Shown here piece after piece: positions 1-11,992 of a DNA stretch of 64,000 nucleotides. Every line of letters begins with the position of its first letter. Within the stretch, counting starts at the first letter, position 1. Source of the DNA: Tricharina praecox (Eukaryota); the NCBI RefSeq assembly GCF_024521635.1, contig NW_026250411.1, positions 744,001 through 808,000 of the forward strand, written 5' to 3'. The notes under the pieces were generated by a model. That model worked only from the letters and a program-made list of their open reading frames with translations, was not told where the DNA came from and searched no databases. A program made the position numbers and the translations under genes.

Positions 1-31
1 TTGAGATTGGGACTGAAACTGACATCCACAG

Positions 32-1369
32 AACGGCATCGCCCCGAGAACGGCGCTGAAGCCCGGCGCAACGCACCAGCGTGGCGCATACACTATCGAG
101 AACCGCGGCGGCAGGTATACATGCAGCTGCGCGGGCTTTGGATGGGGGCGCTTGGTGGCCGGCGCGAAGGCGACGACGTGTGCGCACCTGGTACTGCTGC
201 TGGGCGGGAAGTATGAAGAGGCGCGGGCGAGGGCGGGGCTGGGTGAGGGTGTGCATGAGGATGAGGATGAGGAGATGGAGGATGCGGATGCGGAGGAGGA
301 GGAGGAGGAGGAGGAGGAGGAGGAGGAGGAGGAGGAGGAGGAAGAGGTTGTTGCGCCGAAGAGGAAGGCGAAGGCCACGGCTGCGGCTGCGGCTACGCAA
401 AAGAAGCGGAAGGCCCCCCCGGTCGTGGACGACGACGAAGAGGACGACGAGGAAGATGCCGCCCCCGCCGCTGCAACTCCCGCCGCCGCCTCACCCTCAC
501 CCGCCAAACGAGCGCGAGTCGCCCGCGCCCCCGCCGCCAAGCCCGCCGCCAACGGCGTGTTCAAGCCGCTCCTGGCGCACAAGTGGGATCTCGACACGGG
601 GATCGATCCGGCGGGCTGGCTGATGTCGGAGAAGCTCGACGGGGTGCGAGCGATTTGGCACGGCGACAAGGGAGTGTTCCTCAGCCGCGAAGGCAACCCG
701 TTCTACGCGCCCCCGTGGTTCACGAAGCGGTTTCCGCGGGGGAACATCAAGCTCGACGGCGAGCTGTTCACGGTCCGCGGCGGGTTCCAGGACTGCGTCA
801 GTATTGTCCGCGCGCACAACCGTCCGGACCGCTGGAAGTTCTCCGTCAGCTACCAGGTCTTCGATGTCCCCACCATGGCGGACCAGCCGTTCGAGGAGCG
901 CCTGAAGTGGCTTAAGAGAAGGTTTGATGGCGGCAAGGATGCGATCCGCTGGGTCCATGTGCTGCAGCACGAGACGTGCAAGAGCAAGAAGCACCTAATC
1001 GACCGGCTCGACGAGGTGTGCGCGAACAAGGGCGAGGGCATGATGCTGCGGCAGGCCGGCAGTCTGTATATCCAGGGCCGCTCGCGGAGTCTGCTCAAAG
1101 TCAAGCGGTTCCTGGACGCCGATGCGATTGTGAGAGCGCATGAGGGCGGCTCGGGGAAGAATGTTGGCGTGTGTGGCGCCCTGAGGGTCGAGATGCTCGA
1201 TGACAAGGGGGATCCCACGGGAAAGCTGTTTAAGGTCGGCAGTGGATTCACCGATGCGCAGAGGAAGGTGCCGCCGAAGATCGGTGCCACTATCATCTAT
1301 CGCTACCAGGAGTTGAGCAACAGTGGCACGCCGAGGTTCCCGACGTTTGTGGGCGAGAGGGCGGATTAG
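32..1369 (+). CDS. ATP-dependent DNA ligase of the minimal viral/kDNA/bacterial-like type, with an N-terminal SWIM-type Zn finger and acidic linker; 5' part lies outside the window
   Basis: Motif I SEKLDGVR, LDGEL, YQVFD, EGMMLR, LLKVK and an OB-fold ending in PRFPTF. The frame stays open upstream of the called ORF to an intron acceptor (ctgac...cag at 31) and encodes YTCSC-x15-CAH. Confidence 0.9.
   Translation, partial: NGIAPRTALKPGATHQRGAYTIENRGGRYTCSCAGFGWGRLVAGAKATTCAHLVLLLGGKYEEARARAGLGEGVHEDEDEEMEDADAEEEEEEEEEEEEEEEEEEVVAPKRKAKATAAAAATQKKRKAPPVVDDDEEDDEEDAAPAAATPAAASPSPAKRARVARAPAAKPAANGVFKPLLAHKWDLDTGIDPAGWLMSEKLDGVRAIWHGDKGVFLSREGNPFYAPPWFTKRFPRGNIKLDGELFTVRGGFQDCVSIVRAHNRPDRWKFSVSYQVFDVPTMADQPFEERLKWLKRRFDGGKDAIRWVHVLQHETCKSKKHLIDRLDEVCANKGEGMMLRQAGSLYIQGRSRSLLKVKRFLDADAIVRAHEGGSGKNVGVCGALRVEMLDDKGDPTGKLFKVGSGFTDAQRKVPPKIGATIIYRYQELSNSGTPRFPTFVGERAD
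293..340 (+). repeat. (GAG)n coding microsatellite encoding poly-Glu in the ligase linker
   Basis: Uninterrupted gag run in frame with the ligase ORF. Confidence 0.95.
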
Positions 1370-1570
1370 GTTATTTTGTGCTTGCTTGCTTGATTATGAC
1401 TTTATATTCTGCTTCTGCTTCTTCTTCTCATTTTGGATGGAATAGGGTCTTCTGGATGTTGTATTAGTATTGCACCTGCTTGCTTGTCATGATGATTGAA
1501 CAAATGAAGAAAGATATCACACATCAAGTCATACATCAATTCCCACCATGATATGTACCGTTCGTTCGTT

Positions 1571-2132
1571 TTACTCAGCAATAGGCGTAGCCTCGACAAC
1601 CCTTCTAATCCCCTCCTTAAACGCCTTCAGCGCGGCCTCTTCCTGCACTTTGATCTCGCGCTCAAACGCCGCCATGCGTTCCTTGGACTTGCGCAAGATC
1701 TGTTCGCGCGGTGCCGCAGCTTGCTGTTCCACCCACCCAGTCATTATTTGTCTGTTGCGATTTTCCCAGGATGGGAGAGAGATATACGGTGTGCATTCTC
1801 GACCGCAGTCTCAACTTCCTCACTTCCGCCAGCGACGTGCGATCACCATCACCACCCTCTTCCCCTTGTGCAGTAGCCGCAACGGCTTCACGTCGGCGGA
1901 ACTCACGGATCGTGCCGTCGACGTCGACGCCGATCTCTCTCGAGCGCGTGGAATGAGTGAACAGGGAGTTCTCTTCCAGCAGTTCATCGTGCGCATCCAC
2001 GAATCCATCCAGCAGGGGCTGTGTGAACTCTGCCGGAGCTGGAAAGAACAGCGGACGGAAGACACCCGGGTACAGGTGTTGCATAGTCACGGAGGTAGCA
2101 GGTGGTTGAGAGGAATTTATTATAGACATCAT
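1571..2132 (-). CDS. Hypothetical protein, 2 exons, charged helical C-terminus
   Basis: ORF 1662-2132 joined through a GT-AG intron (1724-1787) to an exon encoding QAAAPREQILRKSKERMAAFEREIKVQEE...PIAE*. No recognisable domain. Confidence 0.5.
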
Positions 2133-3510
2133 GAAGATATACTGTGACTACAGCAACTAATTTTCCAAATCGTCAGCGGGTGTCCAAGCACAACCCAGTA
2201 AAAGCATCAATAGCGATTGCAAAATTGTTGCAGATCAGTACAGCCGGTGTTAATCCCCCTACACTCCGCATCCACGTTCACCTCCGAACCCTCAAAAACA
2301 GAGGATCCTTCGGATCCTGCATCAACGCAAGGCCGAACTCCAGACGTCCGACGATACCACGCCGCCCACGCTCATAAATCCAGCCCACCCACACGCCATG
2401 CAACCCCCGTTACTCGGCGGCAGGCAGACCAGCAGAGGGGCCGGACATGGTAAAGACCGAACAAGAGAAATGGCGAGCATGGGACTCATTGAATGGATTG
2501 ACTATTATCATCCTTGCAAGAGGATAGACGAGCAGAAAACGCTGGTGGGGTAAATACCGATTGATGTGAGGCTAGAAAGCGATTTTCTTCTTGAAGTCAG
2601 CGAATGTTCTTCTCAACAATCAACGGCAAATGTGGTAGATAGACGACAATTCAGAATAATGTACGTTTGGTATATGGGTATCTTCAGGAATACAGAAGCA
2701 GAACTGAAATTTTTGTTTCATCATTATGTCGGGGGGAGGGCAGAGTAATGGATAGAAAGCGGTGAGGAACATACCATCATTAGTCGTCAAAACAGCCGGC
2801 GCAAGAAGCAGCAGAATAGCCTTTAAGACGAGTCAGTCAGTAAGTGCGCGATGACATGTCGTGACGATCATTAAAGATGCGGTTTAGATGGTGGATCAGA
2901 TGGTAGTGCATGTGTTTTCGGTGGCTCATAGAAGTCGCCGGGAAAATCTGTGACAGATTTCTTCATCTCCGGATGGGGAGGAGGGGAAGATGATGGGATG
3001 CGGGATGCGATGTGACGCGATGTGAAGACATACCGGCTGTGTTTGATTGAAGGTTTGTTGGTGAAGAAGGCGGACAGAAGAGAAGTGGAGGTGAGGATAA
3101 AGAGGAGTGATGTTGGAGTGGTTGAGGTCGAAGTCGATGAAGAAATAAATAGTAGCACAGGCGAGGAAAAAGCGGCCAAATAAAAACGCTAGGGCACATG
3201 CGGAGCAGTCAACAGCACAACTGCTGTGGTCCAAATGCAAAGGAACTTCTCGCAGAAGATGCCGAAAGATCTGTCTATATATTGAACAATATCTCCGAGT
3301 TCTCTGAAAGAATTGGTGTATGATGCGATACATGACTCCTACGGTGGAGAGATGCGGCCAAGTGAGGGGTGATAAACATTGTGGCCGTAGTGGGTGCTGC
3401 CCCGCCAAACACTTGTGCTCACACACAAAGATAGCAGTTGGACCCTTACTCCACTTCCCTTGGTACTTCAGTGATCGCGAGAGGTACCCGGTCCTCGTAT
3501 ACCACTTTCA

Positions 3511-5408
3511 ATGGCCGAAGCAGTCAAGTCAGTCGCCTCTGCAGTGGCAGATATGGTTATCTCCAACGGTACGTTGCTTGACTCATGAGTCACTCACTCA
3601 CTCGAACTGACTTGTCAAAGTTGTCTACATCGATGAGGACACCGGTGTCGATGCGCCAGAAACCCTCGGCACCAAAGACCTCCCGTTCAAGTCGCTGCTC
3701 GGCGCTCTGATCCACTCCTCCGTGAAGGATGCGAGATACGAATCGCGGAAGTCCAAGACCGGCACACCGGAGGAGACCCGCGAAGAGTACAAGCCCGTCG
3801 CCAAAGCCGCGCTGAAAAAGGCTACCAACGCGCACTCTGCCCACATCAAGAAGGAAGCAAAGAAGGGCGAGCTTGCTGCGAAGGAAGCCGAGCAGAAGGC
3901 GGCGAGGGATGCACAGCTCGAGGCTGCCAAATCGGTCATTATCGTCGAGGATGCCAGCAAGCCTGCGGCCAAGAAGATCAAGATCAGGGACACTACCGCC
4001 CACCGCAACACGCGTGTGGCTATCTCTGGATGGGCTCACCGGGTGCGTCACCAGAAGAACATGATCTTCATCACTCTGCGCGATGGAACCGGGCTTCTGC
4101 AGTGTATCCTGGCGGATAAGCTCACCGAATCCTACGATGCTATGACTCTCACCAACGAGACCACCCTCACTCTGTACGGAGAGCTCAAGGAATTGCCTGC
4201 TGGTGCGCATGCCCCCGGCGGGCACGAGCTCATCGTGGACTACTACAAGATCATTGGGAAGGCGCCAGGAGGAGAAGAGGCGATCACCAACATCGTCGCC
4301 CCCGACGCCGACCCCCAGACGAAGTACAACTACAGGCATCTGACCCTCCGTGGTGACACTGCCAGTGCCACCCTCAAGGTTCGCGCTGCTGTCGTCAAGG
4401 CGTTCCGTCGAAGTTTCGATGATCTCGGTTTGCTCGAGGTCACTCCCCCGTGCATGGTTCAGACTCAATGCGAGGGAGGTGCCACTCTGTTCGAATTTGA
4501 CTACTACGGAGAGAAGGCATACCTCACTCAATCTTCGCAGCTTTACCTTGAGACATGTCTGCCCTCGCTCGGTGACGTTTTTTGTATCCAGGAGTCCTTC
4601 CGTGCCGAGAAGTCACTTACCAGACGCCACCTCAGTGAATACACTCACATCGAAGGTGAATTGGCTTTCGTCACATTCGACGACCTCCTGAACCACCTTG
4701 AAGATCTGGTCTGTCGAACGATCGACACCGTCTGGAACGACCCTCCGACCCGGGCCTTCATCCAGGAGCTCAACGACGACGCCAACAAGGACGAGAAGAA
4801 GCGCTTCGAGAAGGGCGAAGTCACTGAGCTCAAGCACTACGAGTTCAAGCCCCCCAGCCGTCCGTTCCGCCGCATGAGGTACTCGGAGGCCATCGAGTGG
4901 CTCAACGAGCACGGCATCCCGAACGAAGACGACGAGCCCCACAAGTTCGGCGACGACATTGCCGAGGCCGCTGAGCGCCGCATGACCGATATGCTCAACG
5001 AGCCGATCTTCCTCACCCACTTCCCGGTCGAGATCAAGGCCTTCTACATGAAGAAGGACCCGCAAGATCCCAGGGTCACCGAGAGTGTTGACTGCTTGAT
5101 GCCCGGTGTCGGCGAGATCGTTGGTGGTTCCATGAGGATGGAGGACCTTGAGGAGCTGTTGGATGCGTACAGACGTGTTGGCATTCCCGCGGATCCCTAC
5201 TACTGGTTCACCGACCAGAGGAAGTAAGTTTCTCGTATTGTCCTTCACATGATGTGTACAGATACTAATCCGCGCAAAAAGGTATGGAACCACGCCCCAC
5301 GGTGGATACGGTATAGGACTGGAGCGTTTCTTGGCATGGATGTGTGGTCGCTGGACTGTTAAGGAGTGCTCACTTTACCCCCGCTGGATGGGACGCTGCA
5401 CTCCTTAG
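3511..5408 (+). CDS. DED81: Cytosolic asparaginyl-tRNA synthetase
   Basis: OB-fold (GWAHRVR, LRDGTG), class II motifs YLTQSSQLYLE, FRAEKSLTRRHLSEY, GEIVGGS and PHGGYGIGLERFLAW. Introns at 3569-3620 and 5224-5281. Confidence 0.96.
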
Positions 5409-7047
5409 CTGGTCATTGGTCATCTAATGGTCATCTAATTGGGCCTGGAGACTCGTCTTCCAATGCTATCTCCGTTCCCGTTCCTTTTCTTGATCCTTTC
5501 TTCGTTTCTCATTTTTCCTTTTTCTTGTGTTTTTGTCGAATGGTTGTTTTTCTCTTGGGTGTAGCGGGTGATCGGATCGAAATAGACTTTTTTCTTCTAT
5601 GCAACAGGTGCCTTTCCATTGCCGGTGCCGTGTCCGGTCAGCTGGCCACTCATCTCATCTGGGTCGTTTCGTTTCCCCATCCCAGGCGGCCTTTACATAA
5701 AACCATCACTGTGTCGTGTGGGGTTTCGCTGGCCCCCACAATCACAACACAGCGACAAAGATGCTACCACGACGCCGCTGAGTGCATAACAGAACGAAGC
5801 TGCATATACCTTGGTAATTGCCGTGCAAATGGTAACATGTTTCCAAAGCTGGCAGTTCGTCTGATGGATTGAGGGCGACTGGCGGATGCGATACCGATCC
5901 TCGATTGATTGCTGCAGAAATGGGTATTTCCCTCATCCCATATCTCCATACTCTACTCTAGAGAATCTTCCCACCAGCCACAAAGCCAGCAGGCGGAAAG
6001 ATCGAAGCAGGGGATAGATTCCTCGAGGAAGGCAGAATGATCAATGATGTTGAACGTGCCACCTATCTGAGTGTACCCAGAGTACTCCGCATATGTACTC
6101 AAGTACCTATCTCCGTACATCGACGGACATGGGCGGGTGCATGCAACACAAGTCGAGTCAAGGCAGGTACGTAACCGCTGGCCCGGGGATCGCTATCGCA
6201 CCTACCTTTCTTTTTTGCTGTCGGAATACGGCATGATTGTCTACGCGGCATGCGTGCGAGTGATCGGACATGACTCCTCGACGACTTGCCATGGTACTGG
6301 CGGACTTCGAATCGTGATCGGCATGTTTGCGACGGTGGCGGTCCGCACGTATGATGATGTCCTGCCAGTCGCTACCCGTGCGAGTGCCTGGCATCCATTT
6401 ACTCTAGCGTATGGGGCTCCTAGGGAACGTCGGGACTCGGTTGGTTGCTGGGACGGGGACTCTCGAGCCTACAATCACGCGGTGTCCAATTGCACGGGCT
6501 CGAGTGGCCAGAGAGCAGTACCGCCGCCCCCTATGCTCACTCGGAGGGTACATTGAGATGACTGATTGTTTTGCGAGTGAGGGTGGTGAGGGTGGTGAGG
6601 GGAGGAGTGCTCCGGACGGTTCGTCGGTTTCGGCTTGGCGGCTGCTCAGGCTTCCACAGACCACACCAGAACTCAACGCTGCCGCGTCGTCGCCTCTCAC
6701 CCAAATTCGTTCGACGGACCGACGACCGACCCCGCGAAAAACACACACGCTCTCCTTCCAAGAGATATCCCGAGATACACATCGCATACCCACACCTACG
6801 CACACTCTCGCAACCCACCCTCGCTTTCGCTCTTCGCTCTCTCCTATGGCTTCATAATCCCACACACACTGACAGACATCCCCACGCACACCGTTTGTGT
6901 CCTTTCCGCACCACCACCACCACACCACACACCACACACCGCTTGCCAGCACAGACAGCATAGCATCACATCCTGCAAACACTCCCGAAATCCAATCAGA
7001 TACTTTCCTATCACCACACGCGGGCTCGTCTCCGCCGACTTTTCGCT

Positions 7048-9877
7048 ATGCCCGGAGAACTCCTGGTCCCCGCCGCACCCCCAGCACCAACAGCAACAGC
7101 GCCAATGGACGTCGATTCGGCTTCGAACTCCACCTCTACCGCTACCACCACGACCACAATCATGTCGAAATCGCTGCCGTCTAAATCCGGTGCTGACGCA
7201 ACTGCTGCTACCAAGACTTCGATTACTTCCATAGATCTTTATCTGATATCTGACGAAGACGCGCATTACGAACATGAGATATTGCGCGATCCCTATTCGA
7301 GCATCAAACCGTGGCTGCGGTATATCGAGCATAAGGTGCAGACCGGAACCATTCAGGAGCAAGTCTTTGTGTACGAGCGGGCGTGCAAGGCGTTACCGCG
7401 GTCTTACAAGATCTGGAAGAAGGTATAAACATCCCTCCCTCTTCCCCCTCCGCCTCGCGGGTGTTTCTTATTCCTGGTGGAGTTTTTTTTTACTTACCCA
7501 TTTCCATCATTAGTATCTCGACATGCGGGTGAAACATGTCTCCCCCCTCAATCCGGCCAAGTTCAACGAGGAGTACAACAAAGTCAATGACTGCTTCGAG
7601 CGCTCCCTGATCCTTCTCAACAAGATGCCACGCATCTGGCTCGACTATCTCACTTTCCTGCTCAAGCAATGCCTGATCTCCAAGACTCGGCGCGCATTCG
7701 ATCGCGCTCTCCGTGCCCTGCCGCTCTCGCAACACAGCCGGATATGGGAGCTGTACCTTCCGTTCGCCAACTCTGCGTCCGGTGAGACGGCGGTGCGCAT
7801 CTGGCGGAGATACATGCAGGTGCACCCCGAGGATGCCGAGGAGTTCATTGAGTTGTTGGTCTCGCAGGAGAAGTACGAGGAGGCGGCGGAGAAGTGGATT
7901 GAGATTCTGGACAATCCGAGGTTCAAGAGTAAGGAGGCGAAGAGTCACTTCCAGATGTGGAGTGAGCTGTGCGACCTGCTGGTCACCCATGCGCGAGAGA
8001 TCAAGAGCATCGACGTCGAGAAGATTGTTCGCAGCGGCATCAGCAAGTTCAGCGATCAGCGTGGCAAATTGTGGACCAGCTTGGGGACGTACTGGATCAC
8101 TAAGGGCGACTTCGAGAGGGTGAGAATCTATCCTCAGGCGTGGAGTGAGCCGTAGGAGTGCGTGCTGACGATCCGGAATAGGCACGCGATGCATTTGAGG
8201 AGGGCATCACTACAGTCATGACTGTCCGCGACTTCACGCAGATCTTTGATTCGTATACGGAGTTTGAGGAGTCGGTCATTTCGAGCCTGATGGAGGCTGC
8301 CGCAGCACGCCAAGAGAAAGGGAAGCTGGACGAGGATGCCGATTACGACCTGGATATCCGGATGATGCGATTCGAGCAGTTGATGGACCGCCGGCCTTTC
8401 CTAGTCAACGATGTCCTTCTGCGGCAAAACCCGAACAACGTCATCGAGTGGGAGAAGCGGGTCGGGCTATGGGGCGACAACAAGCAGGAGGTCGTACAGA
8501 CGTATACCGATGCCGTGGCTGCCGTCAACCCCAAGAAAGCGGTTGGGCAGTTCCATTCTCTCTGGGCTGGCTACGCCAAGTTCTACGAGAAGCATGGAGA
8601 TATCAGACAGGCACGGATCATCATGGAGAAGGCTGTTCGTGTGCCCTTCAAGTCCGTGCAGGAGTTGGCCGAGATGTGGATCGAATGGGCTGAGCTGGAG
8701 CTGAGGAACGACAACTTTGACGAAGCTGTCAAGATCATGGCCAAGGCCACTCAGGCTCCAAAGAGGAGCATTGTCGACTATTTCGATGAGACCTTGACGC
8801 CGCAGCAGCGGGTACACAAAAGTTGGAAGCTGTGGAGTTTCTATGTGGATCTCGTGGAGAGTGTCAGCACTCTCGATGAGACCCGGGCAGTGTACGAGAG
8901 GATCTTTGAGCTGCGGATCGCAACACCGCAGACAGTGGTCAACTATGCAAACCTTCTAGAGGAGAACAAATACTTCGAGGAGAGTTTCAAGGTATGTCTT
9001 CTACATTCTAGATAGGTAACTAGTGATAGCTAACATACGGTAGATCTACGAGCGGGGACTGGACTTATTCTCTTATCCGGTAGCTTTCGAGTTGTGGAAC
9101 CTGTATCTCACCAAGGCGGTCAACCGCCAGATCGACATAGAACGTCTACGAGATCTGTTCGAGCAATCCGTCGAGGGCTGTCCTCCAAAGTTCGCAAAGA
9201 CACTCTACCTCATGTACGGCAACCTCGAGGAGGAGCGCGGACTCGCGCGCCACGCCATGCGGATATACGAGCGCGCCACCCGTGCCGTCTCGGACGAGGA
9301 TCGCTTCGAGATGTTTGAATTCTACATCACCAAGTCGGCCTCCAACTTCGGGCTCACTTCGACGCGGCCAATTTATGAGCGCGCGATCGAAGCGCTGCCG
9401 GACAAGGAAGCCAAGGAGATGTGTCTCAAGTTCGCCGAGATGGAACGACGACTGGGCGAGATCGACCGCGCGCGGGCCATCTACGCGCACGCAAGCCAGT
9501 TCTCGGACCCCAGAATCTCCCCCACGTTCTGGGAGAAGTGGGAGAAGTTTGAGATCCAGCACGGAAACGAAGACACCTTCAAGGAGATGCTGCGCATCAA
9601 GCGCAGTGTCCAGGCGCAGTACAACACTGATGTCAACTTCATCGCGTCGCAGGCCCTGGCAAGAGGTCAGGCCAAGGGTGGTGAGCCCAGTGGCGACGAT
9701 CAGGAGAAGAATGATGCGATGGAGGCGTTGGATCGCGAGGCAAGGGCGCCGCAGGGATTCGTGGCCGCATCGACCGGTGCAATCCCCGGGAACATTGATG
9801 GTGCATCCGAGACGGCAGCACCCGTGGCAGCAGCACCCGTGAACCCAGATGCTATCGATCTGGAGATGGAGGATTGA
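7048..9877 (+). CDS. SYF1: Pre-mRNA splicing factor SYF1 (XAB2, HAT repeats), 4 exons
   Basis: YEHEILRDP...W.RYI, LMDRRPFLVNDVLLRQNPNNV.EW, HGNEDTFKEMLRIKRSVQAQYN. GT-AG introns at about 7423-7513, 8120-8181 and 8992-9043. Start codon uncertain. Confidence 0.95.
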
Positions 9878-10424
9878 ACAAATTGAGTCTCCCCTAAGTA
9901 TTTTGATAAATAGGGCTAGCTATTTTGTTCGGAACAATCTTTTTTTTGTCTGTTTTCATTTGTTTCAGTGGGTTGCTGGCTGTTTTGGAAAGTGGCTTCG
10001 TTCGTATCGTATCTTTTTGGGGATTAGGAGTTTTCTATTTTTTTCTCTTTTTTTTGTTTCCTCTCTTTTTTTTCTTTTCCTTATATCACCATCAGCAACC
10101 TCATCTGCATGCACCACCAACCTTTCATTTGTTACTGTGCTTTTGTTTTGCTTGTGTCGTTGTCGTGCGGGGTGTTGTACCCCGTCTGAAGTCTGTATTC
10201 CTAAGTACCTTACATAGCTCCTGCCGCATTTTTATCCATGGGGGTTATGATCACTCGGGAGAGGGGAGACTGTTGCTGTTGATGGTATCGATACTCGCTC
10301 GTTGTGAAGCCGTGATGTATGTAGTGGGTACGATGTCTACAGGTGGGCACTGTACTGGTTTATTCGCTCATTACCAACCTCCCAACGCCCGAGAAAGAAG
10401 CAAATTCCTACTGCGGCAAACCCA

Positions 10425-11417
10425 CTACCTCTTCCCCTTCTTCTTCTCCTTCTTCTCCCTCTTCTCTCCCTGCCCAGCTGGCTGCTGCGCCGCCCCAAGG
10501 GCGGCCATAGCCTGCGCCGCCTGAGCCGCCTGCGCCCCTCCTCCTCCCGCACCCCCAGCTCCACCCATCATCCCGCCCATCATATCCTCCATCATATCCT
10601 TGAACACGTCGTCGCTGACGCCGGGGCCTGGCAGCGCAGGACTGTGCAGCGGCAGGATGGCGCCCATCTTCCAGCCCCGCGGCACGATCGGCGCCGGGGG
10701 CGGCTTGCCGTCGTACGGAACATTCGGGATCCGGAGCTTTAGCGGCGTTGACGGCACCGTAGGGTGCGTGCGCAGGTACGCGGAGATGGCGTCGAGGAGC
10801 GAGAACTCTATTCTCCGGCACCGCTATTAGCCCAGTCCCCACACCCACCCCTCCCCCCCCCCTCCCCCCCGATAGAAAGGGAGCATACTATTCCTCCCCG
10901 CCCCCTCGAGCTGGACCCTAACGCGTCCCGGATTACACCAATCCTTCGGATGTGTCTTGCCGGGTTCAAACACCGTCTGCAGGCCGAGGGCACCACATGC
11001 GTCCGCAATCTCGCGTGCGAGCGGACTCGCCACCGCCTTGGACGCCGCAACCCGCCGCCCCTGCGCCCGTGTTCGTGTGCTGTCGAAGTAGACCGGGTAC
11101 ACGCAATGGAACGACTTGTAGTCTGCGGCCGCCGAGGCGGGGAGGTAGGGAGTTTGTCCTGGCGAGAGGAAAGCCGCGGGGTTGGAGAGGAGGTCTGGGC
11201 TGAGGAGGCTCGATGAGGATAGGGGGGCGGAGGAAGGGGCGGAAGGGGCGGAAGGGGCGCGTCGTGGAACGCTGCTGCTAGGTGTCGGCGGGACGATGTG
11301 GCGGCCGGGCTGGAAGGTGCTCCCTGCGATGGGAAGGTCGGGCGCGTCCAGGCTGGAAATGTCGACTTCTTCCGGGTCGGAGTCTTCGATCTCTTCGATG
11401 CGGGCGTGGCGGGACAT
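10425..11417 (-). CDS. SEC65: Signal recognition particle SRP19/Sec65 subunit
   Basis: CVYPVYFD..R...GRRV, EPGKTHPKDWCNPGRVRV, PRGWKMGAILPLHSPAL. Intron 10808-10888. Confidence 0.93.
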
Positions 11418-11992
11418 CGTGGGTGGCTGCTGCTGGTGATGGTGGGTGCGGGTGGTGATGGTCGTGTGTAGCTGACAGGTGGGTGAATGGGGGAGCTTAC
11501 ATAGAGGTGGTGTTTTGTGGGGTCGCTCGCTTGGGCTGTTACACGGCTTAGTGGCTTGGAGGATGGATTGGGTGCCGGGTAAAATACGCGAACCTTAAAC
11601 TCAGTTACTCGAGACGTCGAGTGATATCACGTACGAACACAAAACCTATCAATTATCTACTGTTCTATTGACCGGTATACGCAGAGTAATGTTTGTCATA
11701 GATATCATCGCCTCAGCAGAATTGATTAGCCTAACGATAGGTAAATCGCAGAGAAGTGGTAGAGTATCATGCTTGTACTAGGTAGGGGTATAAGATGCAA
11801 TAAAAACTAATAAAAAAGAAGCCGTAATAAGGACAAGAACACCGCAAACCCCCAGGTCATAAAAGCCATTAATACACTCCAACCCATCCCATCCATCCAT
11901 CCAACCAACCGTTTTGTGAGCGAACAAGAAAAAAGGTAAAAAAAGGAATCTCTAAAATATGCACAACTATCATCCCTCATCTGATATTACAA

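Noticed and set aside
81..623. Poly-Arg ORF
   Set aside because: Alternative frame of the GAG repeat within the ligase gene.
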